Below, piece by piece: positions 51,859 to 62,150 of a stretch of 64,000 nucleotides of DNA (position 1 is its first letter; each line of letters begins with the position of its first letter). The notes beneath the pieces are model-generated. The model did not search any database, was not told the DNA's origin, and worked only from the letters and a program-made list of their open reading frames with translations. Source of the DNA: Candidatus Aminicenantes bacterium (lineage in GTDB: Bacteria; Acidobacteriota; Aminicenantia; Aminicenantales; JAFGBC01); assembly GCA_963702005.1 (NCBI GenBank), contig OY969696.1, forward strand, positions 4,032,001 through 4,096,000, given 5' to 3'. The translations under genes and the position numbers were made by a program.

Positions 51859-52103
51859 GCCTCGAGCTCCTCGACCGAATTGACGACGGCCAGGGCCGCC
51901 CCGGCCTCGCTCAGGATGAGGGTCGGCAGGATGACAGCGCCGCTTTCGTCCCGCTTGATGACCTCACGGTATTCCCGCAGCTTCATTTTGGCGTCTTTGC
52001 CGACCAGGTTGAACTCCTTCCAGACGACGCCCTGGGCGGCCAGGCGCTTCTTGAGGGCGTCGCATTTGAGACAGCCGGGCAGGGTGAACAGGAGGTGCTC
52101 CAC
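51837..52103 (-). CDS. Glutaredoxin/NrdH-like redoxin
   Basis: GTG start after gaggag; FTLPGCLKC (CxxC) and ILPTL cis-Pro motif. Confidence 0.75.
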   Translation of the reverse strand: MEHLLFTLPGCLKCDALKKRLAAQGVVWKEFNLVGKDAKMKLREYREVIKRDESGAVILPTLILSEAGAALAVVNSVEELEAWSRSRA

Positions 52104-52114
52104 GGCGCTCCTCG

Positions 52115-54187
52115 TCAGGCGATCTTGGTGTAGGGCGTCCGATCCTTGAACTCCTGCTGCTTGCCGTCGTTCCATGTTCGGATCGGCCTCAGGTAGCCGA
52201 CGATCCGGGAGTAGACCTCGGTCTCCTTCCCGCACTGGGGGCAGCGGGCGTTCTCGCCCTTGAGATAGCCGTGGTCCTCGCAGACGCTGAAGGTCGGCGT
52301 GATACTGAAATAGGGCAGCCGCGTCTCGGCGATCTTCCGGACGAGCTTCCGGCAGGTCATCCAATCGATGGCCTCGGGCAGGAAGGTGTGGAAGATCGTC
52401 CCGCCGGTGTAGAGGGGTTGGATGTCGCCCTGATGCTGGATGGCTTCAAAGACGTCCCTGGTCGCGTCGACGTTGAGCTGGGTCGAATTCGTCAGGTAGG
52501 GGTGATTGGCCGTTCCCGAGGCGATGATGTTCGGGAACCTTTCCCTGTCGAGCCGGGCCAGCCGGTAGGAGGTCGATTCGGCCGGCGTCGCCTCGAGGTT
52601 GTAGAGGCTTCCGGTCTCCTCCTGAAATTCAAACAGCACGCCCCGCATGTAGTTCAGGATCTCGACGGCGAAGGCTTTGCCCTCGGGAGTCCCGATCCCC
52701 TTGCCGAGCAGGTTGAGGCAGGCCTCGTTCATGCCGCAGATGCCGATCGTCGAGAAGTGGTTGGCGAAGTGCTGCAGGTAGACCTGGGTGTAGGGCATGA
52801 TCCCCTTCTCGAGCATATGGTTGACGACCTCGCGCTTCGCCTCCAGGGATTCCTTGGCCAGCGTCATCAGCTCACGAAGCTTGGCCTTGAACTCGTCCAG
52901 GCTGTGGGTCGTGTAGCCGATCCGGTTGAGGTTGATGGTCACCACCCCGATCGAGCCGGTCGAGTCGCCGGGCCCCCACATGCTCCCCGGCCGCCGCATC
53001 AGCTCCCGCTGGTCGAGGTTGAGCCGGCAGCACATGGCCCGGATGTCGCCCGGGTTCATGTTCGTCCCGATGTAGTTCTGGAAATAAGGGATCCCGTACT
53101 TGGCGGTCGCCTCGAACAGGAGCCGGGCGTTGGGAGTGTCCCAGTTGAAATCCTTGGTCAGGTTGTAGGTCGGGATGGGAAAGGTGAAGACCCGGCCCTG
53201 GTGGTCGCCCTCGACCATGAGCTCGAGGAAGGCCTTGTTGATCAGGTCCATCTCGGCCTGGAATTCGCCGTAGGTCGCGTCGATCTCCTTGCCGCCGACG
53301 ACGGCCTTCTTGTCCTTCATGTCGGCCGGCACCACCCAGTCGAAGGTCAGGTTCGAGAACGGCGTCTGCCACCCCCAGCGGGAGGGGACGTTGAGGCCGA
53401 AGATGAGCTTCTGGATATCCTGCTTGACGCGCTCGTAGTCGAGATTGTCGGCCCGGACGAAGGGGGCGAGCAGGGTGTCGACGCTCGAGAAGGCCTGGGC
53501 GCCCGCGAACTCGCCCTGCATGGTCCCGATGAAGTTGACCATGTGGAGGGTCGCCGTCTCCAGGTGCTTGGCCGGCGAGGAATGGACCTGGTTGGGGACG
53601 TGGCCGAACCCGATCCGGAGGAGCTTGTCGAGGGACCAGCCGGCGCAGTAGCCGACGATCGGGTAGGACAGGTCGTGGAGGTGAAAATCGCCCTCGAGGT
53701 GGGCCCTCTTGACCTTCTCGGTGTAGATCTGGTTGAGGGCGAAGTTCGAGAGGACCTCGCCCGAGACCCGGGCGTTGAGCCCCGAGAAGCTGACGACGCC
53801 CTCGTTGCTGTTCTCCTTGACCTTCCAATCGTGGTCGTTGATGTAGTCCTTGACGAGCCGGACGAGGTTGATCCCCGTCTCGTGGGCCTCCCGGATCTCC
53901 TTGTGCCGCGCCCGGTACAGGATGTAGGACTTGGCGACCTCGTGGTAGCCCTGCTTCATGAGGACTCTTTCGACGATGTCCTGGATCTGCTCGACGGACG
54001 GGATGGTGTAGCCGCCGAAGCGGTCCTCGAGCATGTAGGTCGAGATGTCGGAGACCGTCTTGGCGACCCTCTGGTCGTGGACGCCGTTGGCGGCCATGGC
54101 CTTGGCCACGGCGTTGGTGATTTTGTCCTGGTGAAAATCAGCGATGGAACCGTCCCGCTTCTTGATGCGGGCAATGGTGGTCAACAT
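52115..54187 (-). CDS. nrdD: Class III ribonucleoside-triphosphate reductase with ATP cone
   Basis: IKKRDG ATP cone; HLHDL, AMCCRL, ATPAE, Zn site, glycyl-radical motif YSRIVGY. Confidence 0.95.
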   Translation of the reverse strand: MLTTIARIKKRDGSIADFHQDKITNAVAKAMAANGVHDQRVAKTVSDISTYMLEDRFGGYTIPSVEQIQDIVERVLMKQGYHEVAKSYILYRARHKEIREAHETGINLVRLVKDYINDHDWKVKENSNEGVVSFSGLNARVSGEVLSNFALNQIYTEKVKRAHLEGDFHLHDLSYPIVGYCAGWSLDKLLRIGFGHVPNQVHSSPAKHLETATLHMVNFIGTMQGEFAGAQAFSSVDTLLAPFVRADNLDYERVKQDIQKLIFGLNVPSRWGWQTPFSNLTFDWVVPADMKDKKAVVGGKEIDATYGEFQAEMDLINKAFLELMVEGDHQGRVFTFPIPTYNLTKDFNWDTPNARLLFEATAKYGIPYFQNYIGTNMNPGDIRAMCCRLNLDQRELMRRPGSMWGPGDSTGSIGVVTINLNRIGYTTHSLDEFKAKLRELMTLAKESLEAKREVVNHMLEKGIMPYTQVYLQHFANHFSTIGICGMNEACLNLLGKGIGTPEGKAFAVEILNYMRGVLFEFQEETGSLYNLEATPAESTSYRLARLDRERFPNIIASGTANHPYLTNSTQLNVDATRDVFEAIQHQGDIQPLYTGGTIFHTFLPEAIDWMTCRKLVRKIAETRLPYFSITPTFSVCEDHGYLKGENARCPQCGKETEVYSRIVGYLRPIRTWNDGKQQEFKDRTPYTKIA

Positions 54188-54298
54188 GTCGTCTCTCCTC
54201 CCTCCAAGAGCCCCGTCGGAGCTTTCCAGCGCCCCCGGCGCGTGTTAAAATGGCCTCGCCTTGATACCTCGAAGAAAAAAAGCAACCGCTTCAGCCGA

Positions 54299-54350
54299 CT
54301 GCCATATATTGTGGACCCTACTTCCGGTAACTACTAAATGTAGTAGTTAC
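54299..54350. promoter_or_regulatory. Tandem NrdR boxes upstream of nrdD
   Basis: Cores CCATATATTG (54302) and CTAAATGTAG (54334), 32 bp apart, fit CwAtATaTwG; minus-strand TTGACA at 54380-54385. Confidence 0.75.
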
Positions 54351-54445
54351 ATCCCTGAATTTATCACAATTTTTGTTGTTGTCAAGCCTTTTTTTGATAA
54401 TTTTTTTCACTCTTTTTTACTCTTTCGGGTACGCGAGGTCCAGCC

Positions 54446-54838
54446 ATGACAATAATCGAAGTGAGGACAAAATCCCGGGAGGAACTCGTCGATATCACGC
54501 CCCAAGTCCAGGACGCCGTCCGGACATCCGGCATCGCCGAGGGGATCTGCGTCGTCTATGCCCCGCACACGACGGCCGCGGTCACCATCAACGAGTGCGC
54601 CGACCCGGACGTCAGGAGCGATATTCTGATGGCGCTCAAAAAAGCCGTGCCGGATTCCCTGGCCTACAGCCACAGCGAGGGAAACTCGCCGGCTCACGTC
54701 AAGGCGACGCTGGTAGGGCCTTCGCTGAGCGTCATCATCGAGGATGAAAAGCTCGCCCTGGGCACTTGGCAGGCCATTTTCCTGTGCGAATTCGACGGCC
54801 CCCGGACCCGCAAGGTTTGGATCCGGGTCGTGAGCTGA
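54446..54838 (+). CDS. yjbQ: YjbQ/UPF0047 family protein
   Basis: PHTTAAVTINE, HSEGNSPAHVK, LGTWQ...EFDGPR. Confidence 0.92.
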   Translation: MTIIEVRTKSREELVDITPQVQDAVRTSGIAEGICVVYAPHTTAAVTINECADPDVRSDILMALKKAVPDSLAYSHSEGNSPAHVKATLVGPSLSVIIEDEKLALGTWQAIFLCEFDGPRTRKVWIRVVS

Positions 54839-54866
54839 CGAGGATGCCATCGGCGTCTTTTAAATG

Positions 54867-54897
54867 AAAAAAAGGGCCGCCCCTCGGGGCGGCCCTT
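54867..54897 (-). terminator. Intrinsic terminator between convergent genes
   Basis: aagggccgccc/gggcggccctt stem preceded by an A-run. Confidence 0.8.
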
Positions 54898-54923
54898 CGG
54901 ATTCCGTGGCAAGATACGAGCTG

Positions 54924-55439
54924 TTATTTAAGCTTAATCGTCACTCCGAGGTCTATCCCGAGCGACGAGCCTCCTGAAACGATGATGAAGTTAAGCCTCG
55001 CGTTGGCCGCCACTTTGGGATTAAAGAAATACCGCCCGCCGATAAACGGGGATGCAAAGACGGCCGATCCGCCGCCATAGAAGCCCGTGTCTTCATCCGA
55101 GGAGGAAACGGAGAAAAGCCCCAGTCCCGCCCCGACATAGAGATCGTAATAATCGCCCTGGAGGGCCCTGGGCCTGAAGTGGTAGGCGCCGTCGGCTTCG
55201 ATTGAGAATGCGGTCGGGCTCGTCTGCCAGAGGCGCACGGTCCCTCCGACGCTGACCATATCGGTCATCCCGTACTCGCCCTGAACACCGACCGGAACGA
55301 CCCCGTTGTAAATGCCGATATGCGGAGTCAGATAAATCGCGCTCTTGGCGAAAGCGGCGAAATGCTTGGTGGCCGGGAAAGCCAGGGATGTGAGCAGCCC
55401 GACGGCGACGACCGTCACCGCGATCCTTTTAGCGATCAT
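54924..55439 (-). CDS. Small outer-membrane beta-barrel protein
   Basis: Signal peptide; YHF, DLYVGAGLG, GGRYFF, GVTIKL. Confidence 0.75.
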   Translation of the reverse strand: MIAKRIAVTVVAVGLLTSLAFPATKHFAAFAKSAIYLTPHIGIYNGVVPVGVQGEYGMTDMVSVGGTVRLWQTSPTAFSIEADGAYHFRPRALQGDYYDLYVGAGLGLFSVSSSDEDTGFYGGGSAVFASPFIGGRYFFNPKVAANARLNFIIVSGGSSLGIDLGVTIKLK

Positions 55440-55544
55440 GAGACCTCCTCGAAATTGAATTTTTTTCGTCCCATCCTCAACGTGAGGATACCTTGTCGCC
55501 GACCCCCTGTCAAGCCTCGGCCCGGAACGATCCCTCCGTTCTCA

Positions 55545-56159
55545 TCAAAGGCCGCTGAATCCGAGGGCGCGGAGCTCGGCGGCAATGTCGGTCGTCCCAG
55601 CCGTGAAGACGATCCCCTTGATCCCCTGCTTCGCCGCGGCGTCCACGTTCAACGCGAGGTCGTCGATGAAGACGGCTTCCTGCGGCCGGCAGCCGGCGCG
55701 CCGGATCGCCTCCTCGTAGATGGCCGGGTCGGGCTTGATGGCTCCGACCTCGTAGGACAACACGTATTCGTCGAAAATCAGGATTTCGGGAAAGGTTCGC
55801 TTGATGAACCCAAAGCGCATCGGGTCGGTGTTGGAGAGGAGCAGCAGCCTGGCCCGGGGCTTGAGCCGCCCTAAAATATCGAGCGTTCCCGGAATCGGCG
55901 AGAAAATGTCGTTGTAGATTGTAAAAAACTCATCGTATCCGATCCTAGCCCCCGTCCGGGACGTGACCCGCTCATAGAACTCGCGCGGCGCCATCCGGCC
56001 GCCGTCGAAGAGGCGGACGAGCTCGCCGTGATCGAAAGCGAGCCGGGCGATCTCCTCGTAGCTCAGCGGCGCGTAGCCGGACAGCTTCCGGTAGAAAATA
56101 TGGTTGTCGAAATGGAGGAGGACCCGGCCCAGGTCCGAGACGACCGCCTTAATGATCAT
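55545..56159 (-). CDS. HAD-family phosphatase (YihX-like)
   Basis: DLGRVL, LLSNT, KPDPAIY, FIDD. Confidence 0.9.
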   Translation of the reverse strand: MIIKAVVSDLGRVLLHFDNHIFYRKLSGYAPLSYEEIARLAFDHGELVRLFDGGRMAPREFYERVTSRTGARIGYDEFFTIYNDIFSPIPGTLDILGRLKPRARLLLLSNTDPMRFGFIKRTFPEILIFDEYVLSYEVGAIKPDPAIYEEAIRRAGCRPQEAVFIDDLALNVDAAAKQGIKGIVFTAGTTDIAAELRALGFSGL

Positions 56160-56163
56160 GAGC

Positions 56164-57495
56164 TCAGGCGCGCTGCTGTCGCTGGGTTTCGAGGATTCCG
56201 CCCTCGCGGCCGTCGGCCCGCTTGAGGAGGAACGCGAAGGTCAGGCCCAGGATGCCCAGGCTGGCGAACATGATGGAGCTCGCCGTATAGGACTTGGTCG
56301 TGTCGCGGAGGAGCCCGTTGAGGAGCGAGAACCCGCCCAGACCGATGTTCTGGATGGCCGTCATCAGCCCGAAGGCCGTCCCGACCCGCTCCTTGCGGAC
56401 AATCAGGGGGACCGAGGGCCACAGGGCCGCCGGGACAAGGACGAAAGCCACGCCCAGGGCGATCATGGGCCAGGCCGGATAAATTCGGGTCACCCCCATC
56501 AGCAGGTGGCAGGGAATGAGGATGAGGGAGCCCCAGACCATGAGGGAGGCCCGCTTCCCAATCCGGTCGATCAGCCGGCCGCCGAAAGGCGCAAAGATCA
56601 TCGAGGCGAAGATAATGATGCTCGTTATCCCGCCCGCTGTCCCGAACAGATGGAAGAAGTTGGAGAAGACCCGGGCCAGGAAGCTCCCTTCGCCGGCGGC
56701 GGTCCGGGCAATCCCCCACTTGTCGACAAACATGTCGGTCGAGAGGTTCGTGAAGGGAAAGACGGCCGAGTAGAAGGTGAAACACAGGAAGGTCACGTAC
56801 CAGAAGGAGGCCTTGAATTCCTTGATGTCGGCGAAGACGATCTTATCGCCGGAGCTTTCGTCCTTGAGCTTGAGGGCCTTCTCCCCCCGGCGGTCCATAA
56901 ATATGTAGACGAGGTTTCCGATCAGGGAGAGCGCGCAGGCGGCCACGGCCGTCAACAGGGCGGCCCGGAACGTCCCGAAGTAGCTCGTGATGAGCTCGCC
57001 CGTGTTGAAAGCGAACAGCGACCCGATCCGGCTCACGGTCAGCGAGATCCCGAACGAAAGGGCCAGCTCCTTGTTCTTGAACCAGCGGGCCAGCATGGCG
57101 CTCTGGGCGACGACCAGGGGCTCGGAGCCTGCCCCGAAGATGAAGCGGCCGATGAAAAAGGCGGGGATGCTCTTGGCGTGCCAGACGAGGGCCGCGCCGG
57201 CCAAGACCAGAACCGAGAATAGAAGGCTGGCTTTCCGGGTCCCAAGCTTATCCGTCAGCATGCCACCGACGAGGACGGCCAGGACGGCCGCGATGCTGTA
57301 CATGGTGAAGAAGGTCCCGACCGTGCCCCGGGCGGCGTGGAGCTCTTCGACCAGCGAGGGGGCAATGGCGCCGACGATGTCGTAGGCGAAGTAGCTCCCA
57401 AAGGACAGGGAGGCGATGAAAAGGAGGATCGTGAAACGATAGAGCGCCCGCGAGGGGTGGAAGGCGCCGCCCGTCGTCTCGGCCGTCATGGTCAT
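56164..57495 (-). CDS. MFS transporter
   Basis: GMLTDKLGTRK motif A; GRFIFGAG; about 12 TM segments. Confidence 0.92.
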   Translation of the reverse strand: MTMTAETTGGAFHPSRALYRFTILLFIASLSFGSYFAYDIVGAIAPSLVEELHAARGTVGTFFTMYSIAAVLAVLVGGMLTDKLGTRKASLLFSVLVLAGAALVWHAKSIPAFFIGRFIFGAGSEPLVVAQSAMLARWFKNKELALSFGISLTVSRIGSLFAFNTGELITSYFGTFRAALLTAVAACALSLIGNLVYIFMDRRGEKALKLKDESSGDKIVFADIKEFKASFWYVTFLCFTFYSAVFPFTNLSTDMFVDKWGIARTAAGEGSFLARVFSNFFHLFGTAGGITSIIIFASMIFAPFGGRLIDRIGKRASLMVWGSLILIPCHLLMGVTRIYPAWPMIALGVAFVLVPAALWPSVPLIVRKERVGTAFGLMTAIQNIGLGGFSLLNGLLRDTTKSYTASSIMFASLGILGLTFAFLLKRADGREGGILETQRQQRA

Positions 57496-57646
57496 GTCAA
57501 GCCGTCCTTTCCGGATGGGTTCTCGGCCAAGATATATCAGCCGTCGGCGGGGTGTCAAGAGAGGAGATGAGCCGGCGTCTTCTCGGTTGATGTCGGGCCG
57601 GGATTCTGATTAAATAAAGGGACCCCCCGAGCCGAGGAGACGATTC

Positions 57647-59551
57647 ATGAAAACGAGCCGTGTCCTGCTTCTGCTGGCGACGCTTGCCCTCATCTGCGGC
57701 GGCTGCGCCAAGAAAAAGGAGCTTCCTGGCGCGGAGGGGGCCGTCACTTTTGATCCGGCCCAGCCTCGGGCCGGGGCTCCCGTGACCGTTTCATACAAAC
57801 CGGCCGGGACTCCTCTTAAGGAAGAGGCGTCCGTCACTTGCGTCGCCTACATCTACACCAAGGGCGCTCCGGAAGCCAAGTCCGTCCCCATGATGAAGGA
57901 CGGCTCAGTCTGGAAGGCGACCTTGAGCCTCGGCCCGGCCGACCGCGGGATGATCCTCAAATTCCTGGCCGGGGACGTCGTTGACAACAACGATCAAAAG
58001 GGCTACACGACGCCCTTCGCCGACGCCGCCGGAAATCCGGTCGCGGGAAGTTTCGCGGGCCTGGCCGAAGCCTATGCGACTTGGGGAAAGGATCTCGCCG
58101 GGATGAACACGGACCAGGACCTGGCCCTGGCCCTGCTCGACAAGGAGTTCGCCCTCCACCCCGAGGTCAAAGCCGAGTATCTATCTCCCTATTTCAGCCT
58201 ACTGGCCCGGCTCAAGAAAGAGGAGGGCAAGGCTCAGATCCTCCGGGAGCTTGAAACACTGGCGGCCCGGCCCGGCCTCGGGGTCGAGGATTTGGGCCTT
58301 CTCCAGTACTGGATGGCGCGCCTTGACCGGCCCGACGAATCCCGCCGCTTCGCGGCCCTCCTCCGCGAGAAGGATCCTCAAGGAGAGTTCGTCCAGGCCG
58401 AGCGTTACCAGGAATTCGCCAAGGAAACCGACCCTGCCAAGAAAGCCGCCTTGTTCGAACGATTTAAGATCGGATTTCCCAAAAGCCCCCTTATTCCTCA
58501 GTTCGTCCACGGCCTGATCGCCGCCTTCCGCGCCAACAAGGATTTCGACAAGGCCGCCGATTTTATCCTCCATAATCCGGACGGAGTGTCCTGGAGCCTG
58601 TACGCGACCCTGTCCTCGGACTTCCTGAAGAATAAGCTCCCCGCCGGCCGGGCCGTCGAGCTCGCGGCCCGGGCGCTGGACCTGGCTCGGAGCGAGGATG
58701 CGGCCGGCGCCAAGCCCCCTTACCTGACCGAGGAGGAATGGACGAAGGAAAAAAATTCCGTCCTGGGACAGGCCCTGGCCACCCAGGGTGAAGCTCTTTT
58801 AGCCGTCGCCAAGACGGGGGAAGCCGTCCAAGCTTTCAAGGAAGCCGTGGGACGCACGAACGGCGCGAGCGCCGACCTTAACACCCGCTATGCCGAGCTC
58901 CTCGTCCGGCTCCCCGGATCCGATCCGGCCGCGGCCTTGGCCGAGATGGAGCCTTTCATTTCCTCCGGGAACGGTACGGCCAGGCTCAAAGGGTATCTGC
59001 GGCAAGCCTTCATCAAGAAGCGGGGAACCGATTCCGAGTTCGACGCCTATCTGGGCGGACTCGAAGAGCGGGCGCACGCTTCGCTGCTGGCCGATCTCCG
59101 GCGCCGGATCGTCGATATCCCCGCGGCCGAATTCGACCTCGAGGACCTGGAAGGGAACCGAGTCGCCCTGTCCGGGCTAAGGGGGAAGGTGGTCGTCCTC
59201 GACTTCTGGGCGACCTGGTGCGCTCCCTGCCTCAGTTCCTTCCCGGCCATGAAGCGGCTCGTCGAGAAACACAAGGACGATTCCGACGTCAGGTTCTATT
59301 TCATCAATACCTGGGAACGGGTCGCCGATAAGAAGAAAAACGCCCTCGACTTCCTGGCCAAAACGAGCTATCCCTTCCGGGTGCTTCTCGACCTCGAGAA
59401 CCGCGCCATAGACGCCTTCAAGGTGGACGGCATCCCGACCAAGTTCGTCATCGACGGCAAGGGCCGAATCCGCTTCAAGACGATCGGCTACACGGGCAAC
59501 CCGGACCGCCTCATCGACGAAATCGAGGCCATGATCGAGATGGCGCGCTGA
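57647..59551 (+). CDS. Lipoprotein with a TPR-like region and C-terminal TlpA-type redoxin
   Basis: Lipobox CGGC; DFWATWCAPC; GIPTKFVID. Confidence 0.88.
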   Translation: MKTSRVLLLLATLALICGGCAKKKELPGAEGAVTFDPAQPRAGAPVTVSYKPAGTPLKEEASVTCVAYIYTKGAPEAKSVPMMKDGSVWKATLSLGPADRGMILKFLAGDVVDNNDQKGYTTPFADAAGNPVAGSFAGLAEAYATWGKDLAGMNTDQDLALALLDKEFALHPEVKAEYLSPYFSLLARLKKEEGKAQILRELETLAARPGLGVEDLGLLQYWMARLDRPDESRRFAALLREKDPQGEFVQAERYQEFAKETDPAKKAALFERFKIGFPKSPLIPQFVHGLIAAFRANKDFDKAADFILHNPDGVSWSLYATLSSDFLKNKLPAGRAVELAARALDLARSEDAAGAKPPYLTEEEWTKEKNSVLGQALATQGEALLAVAKTGEAVQAFKEAVGRTNGASADLNTRYAELLVRLPGSDPAAALAEMEPFISSGNGTARLKGYLRQAFIKKRGTDSEFDAYLGGLEERAHASLLADLRRRIVDIPAAEFDLEDLEGNRVALSGLRGKVVVLDFWATWCAPCLSSFPAMKRLVEKHKDDSDVRFYFINTWERVADKKKNALDFLAKTSYPFRVLLDLENRAIDAFKVDGIPTKFVIDGKGRIRFKTIGYTGNPDRLIDEIEAMIEMAR

Positions 59552-59563
59552 GAGAAGGGGCCG

Positions 59564-61267
59564 ATGGATCTCCGAACCGCTATCCCGTCCGCTTACGAAG
59601 GCGCCCTCGGCGCGGCCTTGGCCGGGATCGGCTCGGCCGGCCTCGTTCGCCGCATCTGGGACAGGGATTGGACGGTCTGGGGCCGGGAGCCGGACGAGAT
59701 CGCCAACCGGCTCGGCTGGCTGACTTCGGCCGAGGCATCCCTGCAGAGTCTGCCGGCGATTGAAGCCCTGGTCCGGGACATCCGCCGCGAGGGATACCGC
59801 GAGGCCGTCGTCCTGGGCATGGGAGGATCGAGCCTGGCCCCCGAAGTCCTGGGACTCATTTTTCCGACCGGCGAGAGCGGCTGCCGGCTTTCGATTCACG
59901 ACAGCACGGACCCGGCCGCCGTCCTGGCCAGCGCCCGCCGGCTCGACCTCGAGCATACGGTCTTTCTCGTTTCCTCGAAGTCGGGAACGACCGTCGAGAC
60001 GAATTCCTTCTTTCGCTACTTCTACAACCTCGTCGCGGGTCTCGCCGGCGAGGAGGGAGCCGGCCGGTCGTTCCTGGCCCTGAGCGATCCCGGCAGCCCG
60101 CTCGAAGCTGAGGCCCAAACCCTCCGTTTCCGCGCCTTTGTCCCGGGCGACTCGGCGATCGGGGGACGCTTCTCCGTGTTATCGCCGTTCGGGATCCTCC
60201 CGGCCGCGCTCAAAGGGCTGGATGTCCGCCGCCTTCTGAACGAAGGGCTCCGGGCGGCCGCCCTCTGCCGGGAGGAGGATCCCTTCCGCAATCCCGGCGT
60301 CGGGTTGGGAGCGCTCTTGGCCGTCCTGGCCCGGGAGGGCCGGGATAAGCTGTCCTTCCTGCTCTCGGAGGCGGTCCGGCCGTTCGGCGCCTGGCTCGAG
60401 CAACTCATCGCCGAAAGCACGGGGAAGAAAGGCCGGGGGATTCTTCCCGTCGTCGAAGAGACTCCCCTGGCCCCGACAGCGCTCGGCGCGGATCGCTTCT
60501 TCGTCGTCTTGAGGCTCGAAACCGAGCCCGGACCGGAGGCCGACCTCCAAGCTCTCGCCGCCGCCGGCGTCCCGCACTGCGTGATAAAGCTCGCCGATCG
60601 CTACGAGCTGGGCGGCCAGTTCTTCATCTGGGAAATGGCGACGGCCGTCGCCGGGCATATCCTCGGCGTCAATCCCTTCGAGCAACCCGACGTGGAATCG
60701 GCCAAGAAAATCGCCCGGGAGATGGTCCGCGTCTTTAAGAACCGCGGGGCCCTCCCCGCGGAGCAGCCGGTCCTGGTTGAGGACGGGATTTCGCTCTTCG
60801 GCGACATCGCCGCGCCGGGAATCGGCGAGGGATTGCGCCGTTTCCTCGACCCGGCCCGGCCGGGCGACTACACGGCCCTGCTCGCCTTCCTGCCCCCGAC
60901 GCCGGAAATCGAAGCTCTCCTGCGACGGCTGGCCGGGACGATCCGGGAGAGGACGGGCCTGGCCTCGACCTGGGGCTGGGGACCCCGCTATCTTCATTCG
61001 ACGGGACAGCTCCACAAAGGGGACGCCGGGCGCGGGCTGTTCGTCCTCCTCACGGCCGCCGACTCCGAGGATGTCCCCATCCCCGATGCGGCCGGCGACA
61101 CGAAGTCCAGCCTCAGCTTTGGGACTCTCGAGGCGGCCCAGGCCAGAGGGGATTTCGAAGCCCTCCGCGCGGCCGGACGCCGAGTTCTCCGTTTCGATTT
61201 GGGAAAAGACATATCCGCCGGGCTAACGCTCGTCGCCTCTCTATCGGCAGTCCGCGGCGGAAAATAA
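59564..61267 (+). CDS. pgi: Glucose-6-phosphate isomerase (Tal-Pgi-type PGI domain, stand-alone)
   Basis: GMGGSSL, SSKSGTTVE, IGGRFS, EQLIAESTGK, NPFEQPDVE, PRYLHSTGQLHKG. Confidence 0.88.
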   Translation: MDLRTAIPSAYEGALGAALAGIGSAGLVRRIWDRDWTVWGREPDEIANRLGWLTSAEASLQSLPAIEALVRDIRREGYREAVVLGMGGSSLAPEVLGLIFPTGESGCRLSIHDSTDPAAVLASARRLDLEHTVFLVSSKSGTTVETNSFFRYFYNLVAGLAGEEGAGRSFLALSDPGSPLEAEAQTLRFRAFVPGDSAIGGRFSVLSPFGILPAALKGLDVRRLLNEGLRAAALCREEDPFRNPGVGLGALLAVLAREGRDKLSFLLSEAVRPFGAWLEQLIAESTGKKGRGILPVVEETPLAPTALGADRFFVVLRLETEPGPEADLQALAAAGVPHCVIKLADRYELGGQFFIWEMATAVAGHILGVNPFEQPDVESAKKIAREMVRVFKNRGALPAEQPVLVEDGISLFGDIAAPGIGEGLRRFLDPARPGDYTALLAFLPPTPEIEALLRRLAGTIRERTGLASTWGWGPRYLHSTGQLHKGDAGRGLFVLLTAADSEDVPIPDAAGDTKSSLSFGTLEAAQARGDFEALRAAGRRVLRFDLGKDISAGLTLVASLSAVRGGK

Positions 61268-61276
61268 CTAAGGGCT

Positions 61277-62005
61277 TCAGAACAAGCCGACGAAGACGAG
61301 GTCGGCGTGGAAAAGCTCCTTGCTCTTGACCCGGGTCTTGGCGTCGACGGATTCCTTGGCGTTCAAGTAGAACCAGAACTGATCGAACAGCCTCAGCTTC
61401 TTGATGTAGTACTGGGCATATTCGGTGATGTTGTCGATGATGATCTTGCCCGTCTCTTTGCCGTTTTCGTCGCTCATCGAGATGGCGTTCGTTTCGCCCT
61501 GGACGAGCTTGCCGAAGACTCTGACCTTGGCTTTGCCTTCCCAGCCTTCGGGCTTATTGGGGACAAGACCCTTGAGGGCCTCATAGCCTTCCCGAGCGAT
61601 GGGGTCTATATAGTCCTGAAGATTCGGCGCGGCTTTCTGATTGTAGAAAGGCTTGAAACTCCCGCCCTCCTTGACCTCGATCGTCTCGGCGGCCAGGATG
61701 GAGGGGCGCTTGGAATCGAACAGTCCCTTGACCCTGACCTCTTTGCCGACGAGGGCGGCCGTATTGACCTGGCCGGCGACGACGATGTCGAAACCCTGGG
61801 CGGCCGGGACATAGATGTACTTACCGAGGGCCAGTTTGACCGTTCCCTGGAACTCGTTGAAGCCTTCCTTAATGGTCGAAACCTGCGCGGCCGCGGCCGC
61901 CGTCTCCTTCGCCTTCTTGGAGCAGGCGACCGAAAGCACCAGGAGAAGGGCCAGCGCCATCAGACCGATAAGGATTATCTTTTCAGAGGCTCGTCCTTTC
62001 CTCAT
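61277..62005 (-). CDS. Hypothetical lipoprotein
   Basis: RBS ggaggt; lipobox SVAC. Confidence 0.7.
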   Translation of the reverse strand: MRKGRASEKIILIGLMALALLLVLSVACSKKAKETAAAAAQVSTIKEGFNEFQGTVKLALGKYIYVPAAQGFDIVVAGQVNTAALVGKEVRVKGLFDSKRPSILAAETIEVKEGGSFKPFYNQKAAPNLQDYIDPIAREGYEALKGLVPNKPEGWEGKAKVRVFGKLVQGETNAISMSDENGKETGKIIIDNITEYAQYYIKKLRLFDQFWFYLNAKESVDAKTRVKSKELFHADLVFVGLF

Positions 62006-62101
62006 AGCTTTGACCTCCCTAAGATTCGGCGTTCATGATCAGCCCGTCTAAAGGAATTATTTTTATACCATTCCGAGGGTTAAAAGTAAAGAAGAAAGTT
62101 G

Positions 62102-62129
62102 AGGGGGCGGGCTTTCGCGTCCGCCCCCT
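62102..62129 (-). terminator. Probable terminator hairpin after the DUF6600 gene
   Basis: agggggcgg/ccgccccct stem followed by T-rich sequence on the minus strand. Confidence 0.55.
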
Positions 62130-62150
62130 GGTTATGGAAAAGCCGGCCGC

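Noticed and set aside
50734-54187. nrdD/nrdG/dut as phage auxiliary genes
   Set aside because: No phage structural or integrase genes; NrdR boxes and host-like codon usage
52271-54337. Long antisense ORFs (for example 52271-54337, 4250-6232, 1308-2786, 12738-14519)
   Set aside because: Shadows of real genes on the opposite strand, typical of high-GC DNA, with no recognisable motifs
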